Positions 35,099-47,540 of a stretch of 64,000 nucleotides of DNA are shown piece by piece (position 1 is the first letter of the stretch; every line of letters begins with the position of its first letter). Source of the DNA: an uncultured Acidobacteriota bacterium (lineage in GTDB: Bacteria > Acidobacteriota > Vicinamibacteria > Vicinamibacterales > CAVVIG01); assembly GCA_963794305.1 (NCBI GenBank), contig CAWCDQ010000024.1:43648-107647 (forward strand), read 5' to 3'. Position numbers and translations under genes: made by a program. The notes under the pieces were generated by a model, which saw nothing but the letters and a program-made list of their open reading frames with translations, was not told the DNA's origin and ran no database searches.

Positions 35099-36973
35099 AT
35101 GCGCGCCATGCGTCTCGCGATCGCGTCCGCCGCCGTTGCGCTTGCGGCTCTGTCCGCCGGCTGCAAGGAAGGCGGCACGATCAACGTTCACAGTCTTTCT
35201 TTCAAGGGCGTTCAGGCCGTCGATGAAGGCCGCCTGAAGGACGCGCTGGCGACACACCAGAGCTCGAAGATCCCGTGGGGCAAGAAGTCTTTCTTCGACC
35301 GCTCGCGCTTCGATGCCGACCTGAAACGCATTCAGGCGTTCTACGCGGACCGCGGATTCCCGGACGCGCGCGTAACGGGGTTCGACGTAAAGCTCAACGA
35401 CAAGCAGGACGAAGTCGATCTCACGGTGACGATCGCCGAAGGCGAGCCGGTGGTCGTGAAGTCGATTGCCTTCTCTGGATTCGACGTCGTGCCGGCCGCG
35501 CACCTCGACGATCTCAAGAACCGGCTGCCGGTGAAAGTCGGGCAGCCGCGCGATCGCCAGCTCGTGGTGAGCGCGCACGAGATGGCGGTGAACGAGCTCA
35601 AGGACCACGGCTTTCCCTACGGCAAGGTCTCCACCGCGGAAGACGATGGGAGCGACGGCAAGCAGGCGGTGCTGACGTTCACAGCCGAGCCTGGCCTGCT
35701 CGCACATTTCGGGAAGGTGGAAGTCGTCGGCAACAAGAGCGTCGACGAGCACATCATCCGCCGCCAGTTGACGTTCAAGCCGGGCGAGCTCTATCAGCGC
35801 AACCTGGTGCAGGACTCGCAGCGGCGGCTGTACGGGCTCGAGCTGTTCCAGTTCGCCAACGTCGAGTCGCTGAACCAGGAGCAGCAGCCGGAAGAGGTGC
35901 CGGTTCGCGTGACCGTGGCTGAAGGGAACCACCAGCGCGTGAACTTCGGCGTCGGGTACGGGACGGAGGAGAAGGCGCGCGTCGACGCCGAGTACCACCA
36001 CGTCAATTTTCTCGGCGGAGCGCGGACGGCCGGCGCGCACGTGCGCTGGTCGTCGCTCGATCGGGGCATCCGGCTGGACTTCAACCAGCCGTACTTCATG
36101 AGCCCGCACTTTTCGCTCGGCGCGGAGGGGCAGCAGTGGTACACCTACACGCCCGCGTACACGCGCGGTGACGTCCGGCGCAAAGCTGACGCTGACGCAC
36201 AAATCGAGCGCGCAGACATCGTGGGGCGCATCGATCACGAGCGAGCACGACGTCAGCTCGATCACGGACGAGGCCTTCAACGATCCCACGCTTCGCAACT
36301 ACTTCATCGCGCTCGGTCTCGATCCCACGACGAAGGAGCAGAACGGCACGCTCAACGCGCTGGGCGCCGATTTCCAGCACTCGACGGCCGACAACCTCCT
36401 GAACGCGCACCACGGGTTCCAGATCGCTCTGCACGCCGAGGAAGCGGGCCTCGTCGTGCCTGGCAGTTTCAACTTCTACGCAGGATCGGTGGACGTCCGG
36501 CAGTACCTGCCGCTCGGGGACAGCCTCGTCCTCGCGAGCCGCGCTGCAGGCCGGCAACATCCGGCCGAGCAATGACGATCCGGCGAACGTGCCGTTCGGG
36601 AAGAAGTACTTCCTCGGCGGCGCGACGAGCATCCGCGGATGGGGACGCTACGAGGTCAGCCCGCTCGTGTCGGGCGAGGCGGTGGGCGGCAACAGCATGC
36701 TCGCGTTCAGCGAAGAGCTGCGTGCCGTGTTGCACGGCAACTTCGGCGCTGTGGCGTTCTTCGACGGGGGCAATGTCTGGGCCCGGTCGGTACGGCTTCG
36801 ACCTTCACGATCTGCGATACGCCATCGGTGCGGGACTCAGGTATCAGACGCCGGTCGGTCCCATCCGCTTCGACTACGGGTACCAGCTGAATCCCATTCC
36901 GGATCTGCTCGTCAACGGAGCTCCGCAGACGCGGCGGTATCGCCTGCATTTCAGCATCGGGCAGGCGTTTTGA
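35099..36973 (+). CDS. BamA/TamA family outer membrane protein, frameshifted
   Basis: POTRA-like segments, FLGGATSIRGW, FFDGGNV, GLRYQTPVGPIRFDYG, FSIGQAF. Confidence 0.9.
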   Translation: MRAMRLAIASAAVALAALSAGCKEGGTINVHSLSFKGVQAVDEGRLKDALATHQSSKIPWGKKSFFDRSRFDADLKRIQAFYADRGFPDARVTGFDVKLNDKQDEVDLTVTIAEGEPVVVKSIAFSGFDVVPAAHLDDLKNRLPVKVGQPRDRQLVVSAHEMAVNELKDHGFPYGKVSTAEDDGSDGKQAVLTFTAEPGLLAHFGKVEVVGNKSVDEHIIRRQLTFKPGELYQRNLVQDSQRRLYGLELFQFANVESLNQEQQPEEVPVRVTVAEGNHQRVNFGVGYGTEEKARVDAEYHHVNFLGGARTAGAHVRWSSLDRGIRLDFNQPYFMSPHFSLGAEGQQWYTYTPAYTRGDVRRKADADAQIERADIVGRIDHERARRQLDHGRGLQRSHASQLLHRARSRSHDEGAERHAQRAGRRFPALDGRQPPERAPRVPDRSARRGSGPRRAWQFQLLRRIGGRPAVPAARGQPRPREPRCRPATSGRAMTIRRTCRSGRSTSSAARRASADGDATRSARSCRARRWAATACSRSAKSCVPCCTATSALWRSSTGAMSGPGRYGFDLHDLRYAIGAGLRYQTPVGPIRFDYGYQLNPIPDLLVNGAPQTRRYRLHFSIGQAF

Positions 36974-36975
36974 GC

Positions 36976-37015
36976 AGGGTTCGACGGTTCGAGGGTTCCA
37001 GGGTTCCAGGGTTCC
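36976..37015 (+). repeat. 8-nt tandem repeat (AGGGTTCC) between the TamA-like and TamB genes
   Basis: agggttcgacggttcgagggttccagggttccagggttcc. Confidence 0.75.
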
Positions 37016-37018
37016 GCG

Positions 37019-40000
37019 ATGAGCATCCTGCGACGCGTGACACACGTACTGATCCTCGTGCTGACGCTGCTCGTCGGGGCCGCGGCGGCGGCGGTCATCG
37101 TGTCGCAAACGGCCTGGTTCAAGAACTGGTTGCGCGGCTACATCGTGCGGGAGGCGCAGCAGTATCTGAACGGCACGCTGTCCATCGAGCGCCTTGGCGG
37201 GAATCTGTTTTTCGGCATCGAGATGGAGAACGTCGGGTTGTCGATGGACGGCAGCCAGGTGGTCGCGGTGCAGGATCTCGGCCTCGACTACAACGTCTTC
37301 GAGCTGCTCACCAAAGGCCTGTCCGTCGACAACATTCGTCTCAACAAGCCGGTCGTGTACCTGAGGCGCGAGGGCGATACCTGGTCGCTGAGCCGCCTGG
37401 TCAAGAAACAGGAATCGGAGGCCGACCGCAGCGGTCCCGAGAAGCCGATCGCGATTGACACGATCGGCATCACCGATGGATCGATCGTGGTCGAATCGCC
37501 GGTCGCGACGACGGGCGTCGAGGTGCCGAAGCGGATCGACCATCTCGACGCCCGGCTCTCGTTCAAGTACGAGCCCGTGCGGTATTCGATCGAGATCACC
37601 CAGGTGTCGTTCCGTGGATCCGAGCCGGCGCTCGCGCTCAACGCGCTGTCCGGCGGCATCGCGGTGAAGGACGACACGCTGTTCGTGCAGAAGCTTGCGC
37701 TGCGCACGCCGGAAACATCGCTGTCCTTCGACGGCGCCATCCAGAACTACCTCACCAGGCCGGTCTTCCGTCTCAGCATCAGCTCGGACAAGCTGTCGGT
37801 TCCTGAAATCGCGCGGATCGTGCCGGCGTTGTCCGGCATCGCGCCTTCAGCCGTCGTTCAACGTCAAGACCGACGGCCCGCTCGATCGCCTTGCGGTCGA
37901 GATGCACGTGCAGTCGTCTGCGGGGGCGGCGAGCGGAACACTCGTTGCCGATCTCGAGGAGCCCGGACAGTCGGTCAAGGGTGATCTCTCGGTGCGTCAC
38001 CTCGATCTCTCGGCGCTGATGAACGACCCGAAGCAGAAGAGCGACATCACCGCGAATGCCCGCGTGGACCTGAGCGGCGCGGCGTTGTCGAACGTGAACT
38101 CGCTGCGCGGAAGCGTTTCGCTCGATTCTCCTCGGACGATGGTGGCCGGGTATGTCGCCGAGCGCGTGCGCGCGAATGCCAGGATCGACGGACGGTCGGA
38201 TCGGCATCGACGGCAGCGCCGCCGCGTACGGTGCGTCAGCGACCGTCGCCGGCAACTGTCACGCTCCCGGATCTGGAGCAGCAGGCACGAACCGTGGGCT
38301 TCGATGTCCACGGCAAGGTGCGTGGCGTGAATCTCGCGTCAGCTGCCGCGCGAGCTGGCGATCCCGCCGGCTGTCACGGATGTGAATGCCGACTACCACG
38401 CCGTCGGGTCGGTTCGGTCCGGCTCAAGCCGGACGCTACCGGAACCTAAAACTGCTGCGCCTGCGAGCACTTCGGTAGTGTCCGGCTTGAGCCGGACCAA
38501 CGTGGATCTCCGCTTTCAGCCGTCAACTGTCGCGGGCGCGCGAATTGCCGCTGGCAGTACCGCGGGCGTCACGGTAAACGGCTCGGACATCGCCTATCGG
38601 GCGGATGCGACCGTCGCGAATCTCGATCTCCAGGGTATCGGCGAGCAGTTCCACGTGCCGGCTCTGGCCGATGGCCGCTACAAGAGCGCTATCAACGGCC
38701 ACGTCACCGCGGAAGGAAGGGGCACGACGCCGGCTGCACTGACACTGACGGCCAGCGGCACGCTGAACGATTCGTCGATCCTCGGAGGAACGATTCCGCA
38801 GCTGTCCTTCACCGCGGACGTCGCAGACGACACCGCACATGTGACCGCGTCCGGCGAGTTCGCGGAGTTCGACCCCGCCGCGGCGACGGGCAAGCCGGGG
38901 ATGAAAGGGGATGTCGCCGGCGCGCTCGATGTCGACGCGACGCTGGGTCACCTCTCGAGCGGCGTCACAGCCGACAGCGTGCAGGCCGACGGCAGGCTGA
39001 CGCTGCAACCCTCAACAATCGGCGGCCTCGAGATCGCTCGCGCGTCCCTCGATGGTGGCTATCACGAGTCAGTCGGCAACATCCGGACTCTCGACATCGC
39101 CGGCCGCGATCTGAACGTGAAGGCGAGCGGCACGGTGGCGCTGAACGACACCGGTCAGTCGAACCTCAAGATCCACGCCGACTCTCCGGATCTCGAGACG
39201 ATCGGGAAGCTCGTGGACATGCCGATCACGCGGCATCGGCTCGATCGACGCGACGGTGACCGGCAACCGGCGCGAGTTGAAGGCCGCGGGCCATCTTGTG
39301 GGCGACGGGCTGAAGTACGGCGACAACGGCGCGCTGACCGTCTCGAGTAACTTCGACGCGGCAGTTCCGGATCTCGACATCGCCGAGGCCACCGTGGCCG
39401 GCAACACCCATGCGACGTTCGTTTCCGTCGCCGGTCAGGACATCAACGAGCTCGACGCAAAGACGACGTACAAGCGGAAGCAGCTCGACTTCGACGCGAC
39501 GGCCAAACAGCCGCAGCGATCGCTGGGAGCCGCCGGTTCGCTCGTGCTTCATCCGGACCATCAGGAAGTCCATCTTCAGCGGCTTGGTCTCCAGGCGCAG
39601 GGGCAGTCGTGGCAGCTCGCGCAAGGTTCGCAGACCACGTTCAACTACGGCCACGACACGGTGGCCGTGCACGACCTCGCGCTCGTCAACGGCAGTCAGC
39701 GTATTACGGCCGACGGCGCGTTCGGCCATGCGGGTGAAGCGTTGAACGTGACGCTGACGAGCGTCGATCTGGCGAGCGTCGATACGCTGCTGCTGCGTCC
39801 GCCTCAACTCACCGGAAAGCTCACCGCCTCCAGTACCGTGACCGGCACGACCGACGCGCCCGAGATCGCCGCCGAGTTCCGCGTCGAGAACGGCGGCTTC
39901 CAGCAGTACCGCTACGATTCGTTCGGCGGGACCGTGAAGTACGCCGGCGCGGGGGTGACCGTCGACACCAGGCTGCAGCAGAACCCGACGACCTATCTGA

Positions 40001-41479
40001 CCGCCAAGGGCTACGTGCCGACAGCGCTCTTCAAGGGTGGCGGCACGGCTGAAGCGCGTGCCGCCGCGCACGACGCGCCGGTCGCGGCAGGCGATCGAAT
40101 CGATCTCCACATCGACAGCACGCCGATCGACCTCGGCGTGGTGCAGAGTTTCATGCCGGCGCTGACCAAGGTCACCGGCACGGTGCAGGCGAAGATCGAC
40201 GTCGCCGGCTCCGCGTCCGATCCCCATCCGACCGGCGTCGTCACCGTCGACAAGGCGGGGTTCACCGTCCAGCCTACCGGCGTCACGTACTCGAACATGC
40301 AAGGCAAGATCGACCTGCAGCCGGACAAGGTGCACATCGACAACATCTATGTGCTCGACAATCACCACAGCGCGTTGTCGCTCACAGGCGATCTGGCGAT
40401 CCACGAGCTGGAGGTTGGCGGCGTGGAGTTGTTCGTCACCGCGAGCGATTTCAAGGTCGTCGACAACAAGCTCGGCAACGTGCGCGTGAACAGCAACCTG
40501 GAGATCGCGGGCGAGCTTCGCGCGCCGCGCATCGAAGGGGACTTCGGGATCTCGACCGGTCAGGTGAATCTCGATCAGATTCTCGCCCTTGCCAGCGACT
40601 CGGCGTACGCGACGGAGCAGACCGAATACGTGACGAAGCCGGATGACGGCGCCGCTCCGGCCTCGCCGTCGCCGATGGATGCGCTGAAGATGGACGTGCG
40701 CGTCACGGTTCCGGAGGATCTGGTCGTCAAGGCGAGCGAGCTGCGGACACCCGGCGCGCCGGTGAGCCTCGGCGCCATCAACGTCACGCTCGGGGGCGAT
40801 CTTCGCGCGACGAAGGCCGCCGGGCAGCAGCTCGTGCTCGTCGGCGCCGTCAACACCGTGCGAGGGACTTACGACTTCCAGGGCCGCCGGTTCGAAATCC
40901 TCAGGGATGGGACGATCCGCTTCGCGGGAGATGCCATTGAACGACATGGATCCGCTCCTCGACATCCGCACGCGGCGGCTGATTCAAGGCGTCGAGGCGC
41001 GGGTCAACGTCCGCGGCACGCTGAGGCAGCCCGACATCGTCCTCACCAGCACGCCGCCGCTCGAGCAGGCCGACATCCTGTCGCTCATCGTGTTCAACCA
41101 GCCGATCAACTCGCTGGGCGAGGGACAACAGGTCTCGCTCGCGCAGCGCGCGCAGCAGCTGGCGACCGGCACGCTGGCCAGCGCGCTGTCGTCGTCGATC
41201 GAGAACGCGCTCGGCGTCGACACGTTCGAAATCAGCACGGCGCCCGAAAGCGGCGCGAACGCGTCGGTCACGGTCGGACAGCAGGTAGGCCAGAACCTCT
41301 ACGTCAAGGTGGAGCAGGGAATCGGCGGGTACAACGATACCAACTTCATCTTCGAGTACGAGCTCACGCGATGGCTTCGCCTGAGGACCAACGTGCTGCA
41401 GGGGTCCGCCACGCAGCAGGTGCAGTTCCAGCGCGTGCAGGGAAGCGGCGCGGACCTGCTGTTCTTCTTCAGCTATTGA
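37019..41479 (+). CDS. TamB translocation/assembly module protein, several frameshifts
   Basis: N-terminal TM anchor, about 1480 codons of beta-taco sequence, C-terminal DUF490-like region ending FFFSY; follows the TamA-like gene. Confidence 0.88.
38416..38498. repeat. GTAG-type REP doublet inside the TamB CDS
   Basis: ggtccggctcaagccggacgctaccg...cggtagtgtccggcttgagccggacc; same family as 16640. Confidence 0.88.
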
Positions 41480-41484
41480 ATACA

Positions 41485-41540
41485 GAATTGGCGAATTGGT
41501 GAATGAATTCGCCAATCTATCAACTCGACCAATTCGCCAA
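41485..41540. repeat. GAATTGGC/GCCAATTC periodic hairpin between convergent genes
   Basis: gaattggcgaattggtgaat...attcgccaat...ccaattcgccaa. Confidence 0.7.
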
Positions 41541-43599
41541 CTATGCGTTTGCGAGCGAAGCGACCTGCACCCGTGCGTCGTTGAAGCAGGCGCCGCCGCC
41601 GAGATCGGTCAGCGTGTCGGGCACCAGCGCCGTGCCCGTGACGTTGTTTCGCGTGCTGCGCCGCCAGATGCCCTTCGGCAGGCTGACGGTGCCTGGACGA
41701 ATGGCCGGCGCGACCGTCAGCGGGCAATGGACTTCGCCCAGCTCGTTGAAGATCCGCACCACGTCGTTCTCCTCGAGTCCGCGCGCCCGCGCATCGTCGG
41801 GATGCATCAGCAGCTTGACGTCGGCACGCGGTAGTTCGCCCAGCGTCGAGCTGATCGTGCGATCGCTGGCCGGCGAAATGAGGGCCAGCGGATAGCGATC
41901 GGTTTCAGGATCCGGCTGGTAACGATACAGCCCCATCGGCGTCGTCGGATCGAGCGCCGCCGGGAACAGGTGGACCTTCCTGTCCGGTGTGTTGGGGAAG
42001 ACGTCCACGAACTGCACCGGCGCCGGCCCGCACGGCGGCGACGCCATGATGCCTTCGCCGAGGTCCCGCCCGATCGGCCTGCGGCAACTGCTTCAACACC
42101 GTCACCATCAGATCGAGCTCGCCGGTCGGCTCCTCGTCCTTGAGCAGCCCCAGCCGGCTGCACAATGCGCCGAACACGTCCGCATTGGTCCGTGCTTCGC
42201 CGACTGCATCGATGACTGGACGACCGAGGTCGAGGGTGATCGAGCCGTAGCCCTTTGCGAAATCGTACCCTTCCAGGAACGTCGTGTTCGGCAGCACCAG
42301 GTCGGCGTACAGCGCCGTGTCCGTCATCACCTGCTCGAACACGACGGTGAACAGATCCTCGCGCTCCAGGCCCCGGATGACGCGGCGCTGGTCCGGTACG
42401 GTTGCGGCCGGATTGCAGTTGTAGACGAACAGCACGTTGACCGGCGGGTCGTCGTACTCGGTGAGCGCGCGGCCGAGGTGGTTCATGTTGACGATGCGCG
42501 TCTCCGGTTCAGGTGCGTCGATCCACGTGCGCTCGATGTTCCACGACGCGGAGTTGCTCATGGAATAGCCGCCGCCTCGAATGCCGAATTTGCCGCCGAC
42601 CGCGGGCAGCGCGAGAACCGCGAGCGCGGCGTTGCCGCCGTTGCGGTTGCGCTCGAGGCCCCATCCGCACTTGATGAGTGCCGGCGAGCTCCTGGCGTAG
42701 AGCGTCGCGAGCGCTTCGATTGCGGACGCGTCCACTCCCGACACTTCCGCCGCGCGCTCGAATGTCCACGGTTCGGCGCGTTCCCTCAGCATGTCCGCGC
42801 CGCTGGCGTGCTCGCTCAGGAACGCCTTGTCCGCGTAGCCGTTCTCGAAGAGATACCGATGGACCGCGAGCGCGACGACAACGTCGGTGCCGGTCTTGAT
42901 CGCGAGGTGCATGTCGGCGCCGCGCGCGAGCGGCGTGGCGCGGGGATCGATGACGACGAGCTTGGCGCCGCGCTTCTGCGCTTCGCGCAGGTACGGGATG
43001 ATGTGAATCCCCGAGGCGGACGGGTTGACGCCCCAGAGAATGATCAGCCTGGCCTCAGGGTAATCCCCATACGTGACCGACGCCATCTTCCCGTACAGCG
43101 CCATGTTGGCTGCTCCGGTCGGCGCCGCGCAGAGAGTACGAGCCAGGCGCGACGTGCCGAACCGCCGCCACAACTGCGCGTCGATGTTGTCCTGAGTCAG
43201 CAGGCCGTTCGAACCACCGTAGGAATAGGGGAGGATCGATTCGGCGCCGGCAGTCGCCTTCGCTTGCTCGAACCGCGACGCAACGAGATCGATGGCTTCG
43301 TCCCACGTCACCCGCTTGAACTGTCCCGAGCCTTTGCGTCCGCTCCGGACGGCCGGATAGAGCAGACGATCCGCTCCGTACACGCGCTCACCGAACCGGC
43401 GCACTTTCGCGCAGATGTAGCCGTCGGTGACCGGGTTCTTGCGAGACCCGTCGATCTTCACGATCTTCCGCTGCTGAACCGTGACGGCAAGGCTGCACGC
43501 GTCGGGACAATCGAGCGGGCAGGCTGTCTCCACGACGGTGGTGACGCCGCCGAGCGCCTGGTCGCGCGTCAACCGTTCAGGTTTCACTGTTGAAGCCAT
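41541..43599 (-). CDS. Molybdopterin-dependent oxidoreductase, frameshift near 42080
   Basis: ACPLDCPDAC...ICAK 4Fe-4S motif; RLLYP; CNPA; MTDTALYADLVLP. Confidence 0.9.
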
Positions 43600-43621
43600 G
43601 GGGCTACGATAACATCTCTCG

Positions 43622-44881
43622 GTGTCTACTCCTCGTGTCGTCATCGTCGGCGGAGGTTTCGGCGGCCTGAACGCGGCCCGCGCTCTCGCGGGAGCCGATG
43701 TCAGCGTCACGCTGCTCGACCGGCACAACTATCACCTCTTTCAGCCGCTGCTCTACCAGGTCGCGACGGCGTCGCTGTCGCCCGGCGACGTGGCGTCGCC
43801 GATCCGCTGGATCCTGCGTCATCAGAAAAATGTCGAGGTGCTGCTGGCCAACGTCCAGGCGATCGATCCGGCGGGCAACCGCGTGCTGATCGACGGCGGG
43901 GAGTCGGTGCCGTACGACTACCTCGTGGTGGCATCGGGCGCGGCGCACGCGTACTTCGGTCATCCCGAATGGGCCCAGCGCGCTCCCGGCCTGAAGACGC
44001 TGGACGATGCGCTCGAGATGCGGCGGCGTGTGCTCCGCGCCTTTGAAGCGGCCGAACGGGAGGGCGATGCCGAAAAGCAGCGGCGTCTGCTGACGTTCGT
44101 CATCGTCGGTGCGGGGCCGACGGGCGTCGAACTGGCCGGCGCCTTGTCAGAGATCGCGAGGCAATCGCTGCGAAAGGACTTTCGCCGCATCCATCCCGAA
44201 TCGGCGCGTATCGTGCTGCTCGAAGGTGGTCCGTTCGTGCTGGCGCCGTTTTCGGAGCCGCTGCGCGCTGCCGCCCGGCGATCTCTCGAGCGTCTTGGCG
44301 TCGAAGTGCGCACGGGGTCGGTCGTGACCGGCGTCGATGAGGACGGTGTCCTGATCGGTTCCGAACGCATCTCCGCCGGGACCGTGCTGTGGGCGGCCGG
44401 CGTCGCGGCATCGCCGATCGCGCGCTCGCTCGGCGTCCCGCTCGATCGCGCGGGACGCGTGACGCCGGAACCGACGCTCGCCTTGGCCGTGCACCCGAAC
44501 ATCTTCGTGATCGGCGACATCTGCGTGTTCGTGGAAAACGGCAAGCCGCTGCCGGGCGTGGCGCAGGTCGCGATGCAGCAGGGCACCTGCGCCGGCAAGA
44601 ACATCGTGCGCGCCATTTCGGGTCGTCCGCTCGAGGCGTTCCGCTACAAGAACTACGGCATCATGGCCACGATCGGCCGCGGCGCCGCGGTCGGCGACGT
44701 CTTCGGCCTGAAGATCTCGGGGTTCTTCGCGTGGCTCTTCTGGATCTTCCTGCACATTTTCTGGTTGATTGGCTTCCGCAACCGTTTCGTCGTGATGACG
44801 GAATGGGCGTGGGCATACTTCTCGCTCCAGCGCCGGGTCCGGCTGATTACCGGCGAGTCATCACATTCCGCTCAATCCTGA
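43622..44881 (+). CDS. Type II NADH dehydrogenase family flavoprotein
   Basis: VIVGGGFGG, HLFQPLLYQVAT, VGAGPTGVELAG, WAAGV. Confidence 0.93.
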   Translation: MSTPRVVIVGGGFGGLNAARALAGADVSVTLLDRHNYHLFQPLLYQVATASLSPGDVASPIRWILRHQKNVEVLLANVQAIDPAGNRVLIDGGESVPYDYLVVASGAAHAYFGHPEWAQRAPGLKTLDDALEMRRRVLRAFEAAEREGDAEKQRRLLTFVIVGAGPTGVELAGALSEIARQSLRKDFRRIHPESARIVLLEGGPFVLAPFSEPLRAAARRSLERLGVEVRTGSVVTGVDEDGVLIGSERISAGTVLWAAGVAASPIARSLGVPLDRAGRVTPEPTLALAVHPNIFVIGDICVFVENGKPLPGVAQVAMQQGTCAGKNIVRAISGRPLEAFRYKNYGIMATIGRGAAVGDVFGLKISGFFAWLFWIFLHIFWLIGFRNRFVVMTEWAWAYFSLQRRVRLITGESSHSAQS

Positions 44882-45010
44882 CGTCGCAGTTCTTGCGGGC
44901 TTCCCTCAACCGAGCGGTGCAATCGCTGCGACGTTTTCCGTTCGGTCGAGCGTTTTCCCAATGATTCCAGGCGGCATGCTGCTCGCATCGACGATGCTAA
45001 AATGGCGGGC

Positions 45011-45566
45011 GTGAAGGCTGCGCAGGAGCGCGTGAGCTACGCGGATCTGGAGCGATGGCCCGAGGATGGCCGCCGGTACGAACTGTACAACGGCGAGGTC
45101 TTCGAGATTCCATCTCCAATTCTGCTCCACCAGTTCGTCCTCGGGCGCCTGCATCTGGTGCTCTCCGCGTACGTGCAGGCGCACGGAGGGTCGGTCTTCG
45201 TAGCGCCGGTTGACATCGTGCTGACCGACTACGACGTGGTGCAGCCGGATGTGCTGTTGTTCATGCCCGAGCGGGAGCATCTGCTCGACATGCGCACGGC
45301 CACGCGCCACGCGCCGGACCTCGCCATCGAGATCCTCTCGCCCGGCACATCGCGCAACGACCGTGGACGGAAGCTCCGATTGTTCGAGCGGCATCGGGTG
45401 CAGGAGTACTGGCTGGTCGAGCCCGACGGGCCATCCGTCGAGGTGTACCGACTATCCGGTACGCGACTCGTTCTGACGTCGACGGCGCGGGCATGGCGGG
45501 CGGGTCGAGTCGGCGCTGCTGCCGGAACTCGAGATCACTCCGACGCGAACTTCTGCCGAACCGTAG
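45011..45566 (+). CDS. Uma2 family endonuclease
   Basis: RYELYNGE, VVQPD, PDLAIEILSPGT, VQEYWLV; fused to the next gene in the ORF track by a frameshift. Confidence 0.88.
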
Positions 45567-45568
45567 AA

Positions 45569-45622
45569 GTAGTGCGGACCTTCAGGTCCGCCGTGTCGGG
45601 CAGGCCTGAAGGCCTGCACTAC
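45569..45622. repeat. GTAG-type REP doublet
   Basis: gtagtgcggaccttcaggtccgcc...gggcaggcctgaaggcctgcactac. Confidence 0.9.
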
Positions 45623-45685
45623 ATCAGGGTCCGGCACCTGCGGGTCGCTCACGGTCGCCGCGTCCTGGTCCATAATCGGCTGCCT

Positions 45686-46967
45686 ATGAGCAAAGACATC
45701 GCGTTCGAGATGGCCGTTTCCAGCGTGCGCTTCGGCGTCGGTGTGACGCGCGAGGTCGGCATGGACCTGGCCGAGATGGGCGCGCGGCTGGCGCTCGTCG
45801 TCACCGACTCCGTGCTTGCGCGACTGCCGCCGGTCCGCACGGTGCTCGAGTCTCTGGATCAGAACAAGATTCCGTACGCGCTGTACGATCGCGTGCGCGT
45901 CGAACCGAGCGACGAGTCGTTCCTCGACGCGATCGCCTTCGCCAATGCTCGACCGTTCGATGCGATCGTCGCCGTCGGCGGCGGCTCGGTGATCGACACC
46001 GCGAAGGCCGTCAATCTCTACACCACCTATCCGCCTGCCGACTTTCTCGACTACGTGAACCCGCCGATCGGCAAGGGGCTGCCTGTGCCCGGGCCGCTGA
46101 AACCGCTGCTCGCGATTCCGACGACCGCGGGGACCGGAAGCGAGACGACCGGCGTCACGATTTTCGACTACAAGAAACTCCGCGCGAAGACCGGCATCGC
46201 CAACCGCCGGCTCAAGCCGACGCTGGGCTATCTCGATCCCGAGAACACGCGGACCATGCCGCCAGCAGGTGGCCGCGTCTACCGGCCTCGACATTCTGAG
46301 TCACGCGATCGAGTCGTTCACGGCGATGCCGTACACCGATCGGCCGATGCCCGACCGGCCGGCGATGCGGCCCGCCTACCAGGGATCGAATCCGATCAGC
46401 GACATCTGGTCGATGCAGGCGCTGCGCATGGTGAACCGCTTCCTCGTGCGCGCGTTCGACGACACGTCGGACGACGAGGCGCGTGCGAACATGCTGCTGG
46501 CGGCGTCGTACGCAGGCGTCGGATTCGGGAACGCCGGCGTCCACCTGCCGCACGGCATGTCGTATCCGGTGTCGGGGAACGTGAAGAGCTACACGGCGCC
46601 GGGCTACGCCGCCGATCATCCGATCGTGCCGCACGGCATGTCCGTGATTCTCAATGCTCCGGCGGTGTTCCGGTTCACCGCGAGCGCGAACGCCGCGAGG
46701 CATCTCGAGGCCGCCGAGGCGCTGGGCGCCAACGTCACCGGCGCGAAATCGGAGGACGCCGGGAAGATTCTCGCCGATCGCATCACCTGGTTCATGCAGC
46801 GGCTGCAGATGCCCAACGGCCTCAAGGCGATCGGCTATTCGTCGTCGGATATTCCGTCGCTCGTCGAGGGAACGCTGCCGCAGCATCGCGTGACGAAGCT
46901 GTCGCCGCGGCCGGCCGGCCCCGAGGAGCTCGCGCTGCTGTTCGAGGGTTCGATGGTGGCGTGGTGA
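45686..46967 (+). CDS. Hydroxyacid-oxoacid transhydrogenase (iron-containing ADH family), frameshift near 46265
   Basis: VGGGSVIDTAKA, DFLDYVNPPIGKG, PTTAGTGSE, RPAYQGSNPISD, GVHLPHGMSYP. Confidence 0.9.
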
Positions 46968-46998
46968 CAAGAAGAAACCGCAAAGAGCTCGTCGGTCA

Positions 46999-47529
46999 GT
47001 GTCCGGCTTGAGCCGGCCGCTCGATCTCCGCACCGCGCTGCTGCCGGCCTGGCGGACCAGCAATCGGATCACCGTCGAACTGATCGAGGGTCTTCCAACT
47101 CCTCTGTGGTCGGCCGAGGTCCCCGGCTCGCCGCGGCGCACGATCCGGATGATTGCGGCGCACCTCCACAATTCGCGCTGCGGCTGGATCCGAACGTTGG
47201 GACGCGAGCACGGCGTGACCACGCCGGAGCGGGTCGATCGTTATGCGGTGACTCGCCGTCAGCTGAGCGCTGCGCTGAAGCGCAGCAGCCGTGGGATGGA
47301 AGAACTGCTGGAGTTGGGCTTCGCCGCCGGCGGCATCCTGCCGCCGTCGAAGGGCTATGTGTGGCGCAATCTGCCGCTGGACGTCGGGCACGTGCTGACG
47401 TACTTCGTCGCGCACGAGGCTCACCACCGTGGACAGATCGTCATGATCGCGCGACAGCTCAATCAAAGACTGCCGCCAGAAGTGACCAACGGCCTGTGGT
47501 GGTTTTCGGGACGGGCCAAACGCGGCTGA
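46999..47529 (+). CDS. DinB family protein; candidate start lies within a REP copy (46995-47018)
   Basis: IAAHLHNSR, YFVAHEAHHRGQ. Confidence 0.8.
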   Translation: MSGLSRPLDLRTALLPAWRTSNRITVELIEGLPTPLWSAEVPGSPRRTIRMIAAHLHNSRCGWIRTLGREHGVTTPERVDRYAVTRRQLSAALKRSSRGMEELLELGFAAGGILPPSKGYVWRNLPLDVGHVLTYFVAHEAHHRGQIVMIARQLNQRLPPEVTNGLWWFSGRAKRG

Positions 47530-47540
47530 AGCGCCACGAT

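Noticed and set aside
45002-47011. Uma2-alcohol dehydrogenase fusion
   Set aside because: Read-through across a frameshift and a REP; the second gene has its own -10 box and ATG at 45686.
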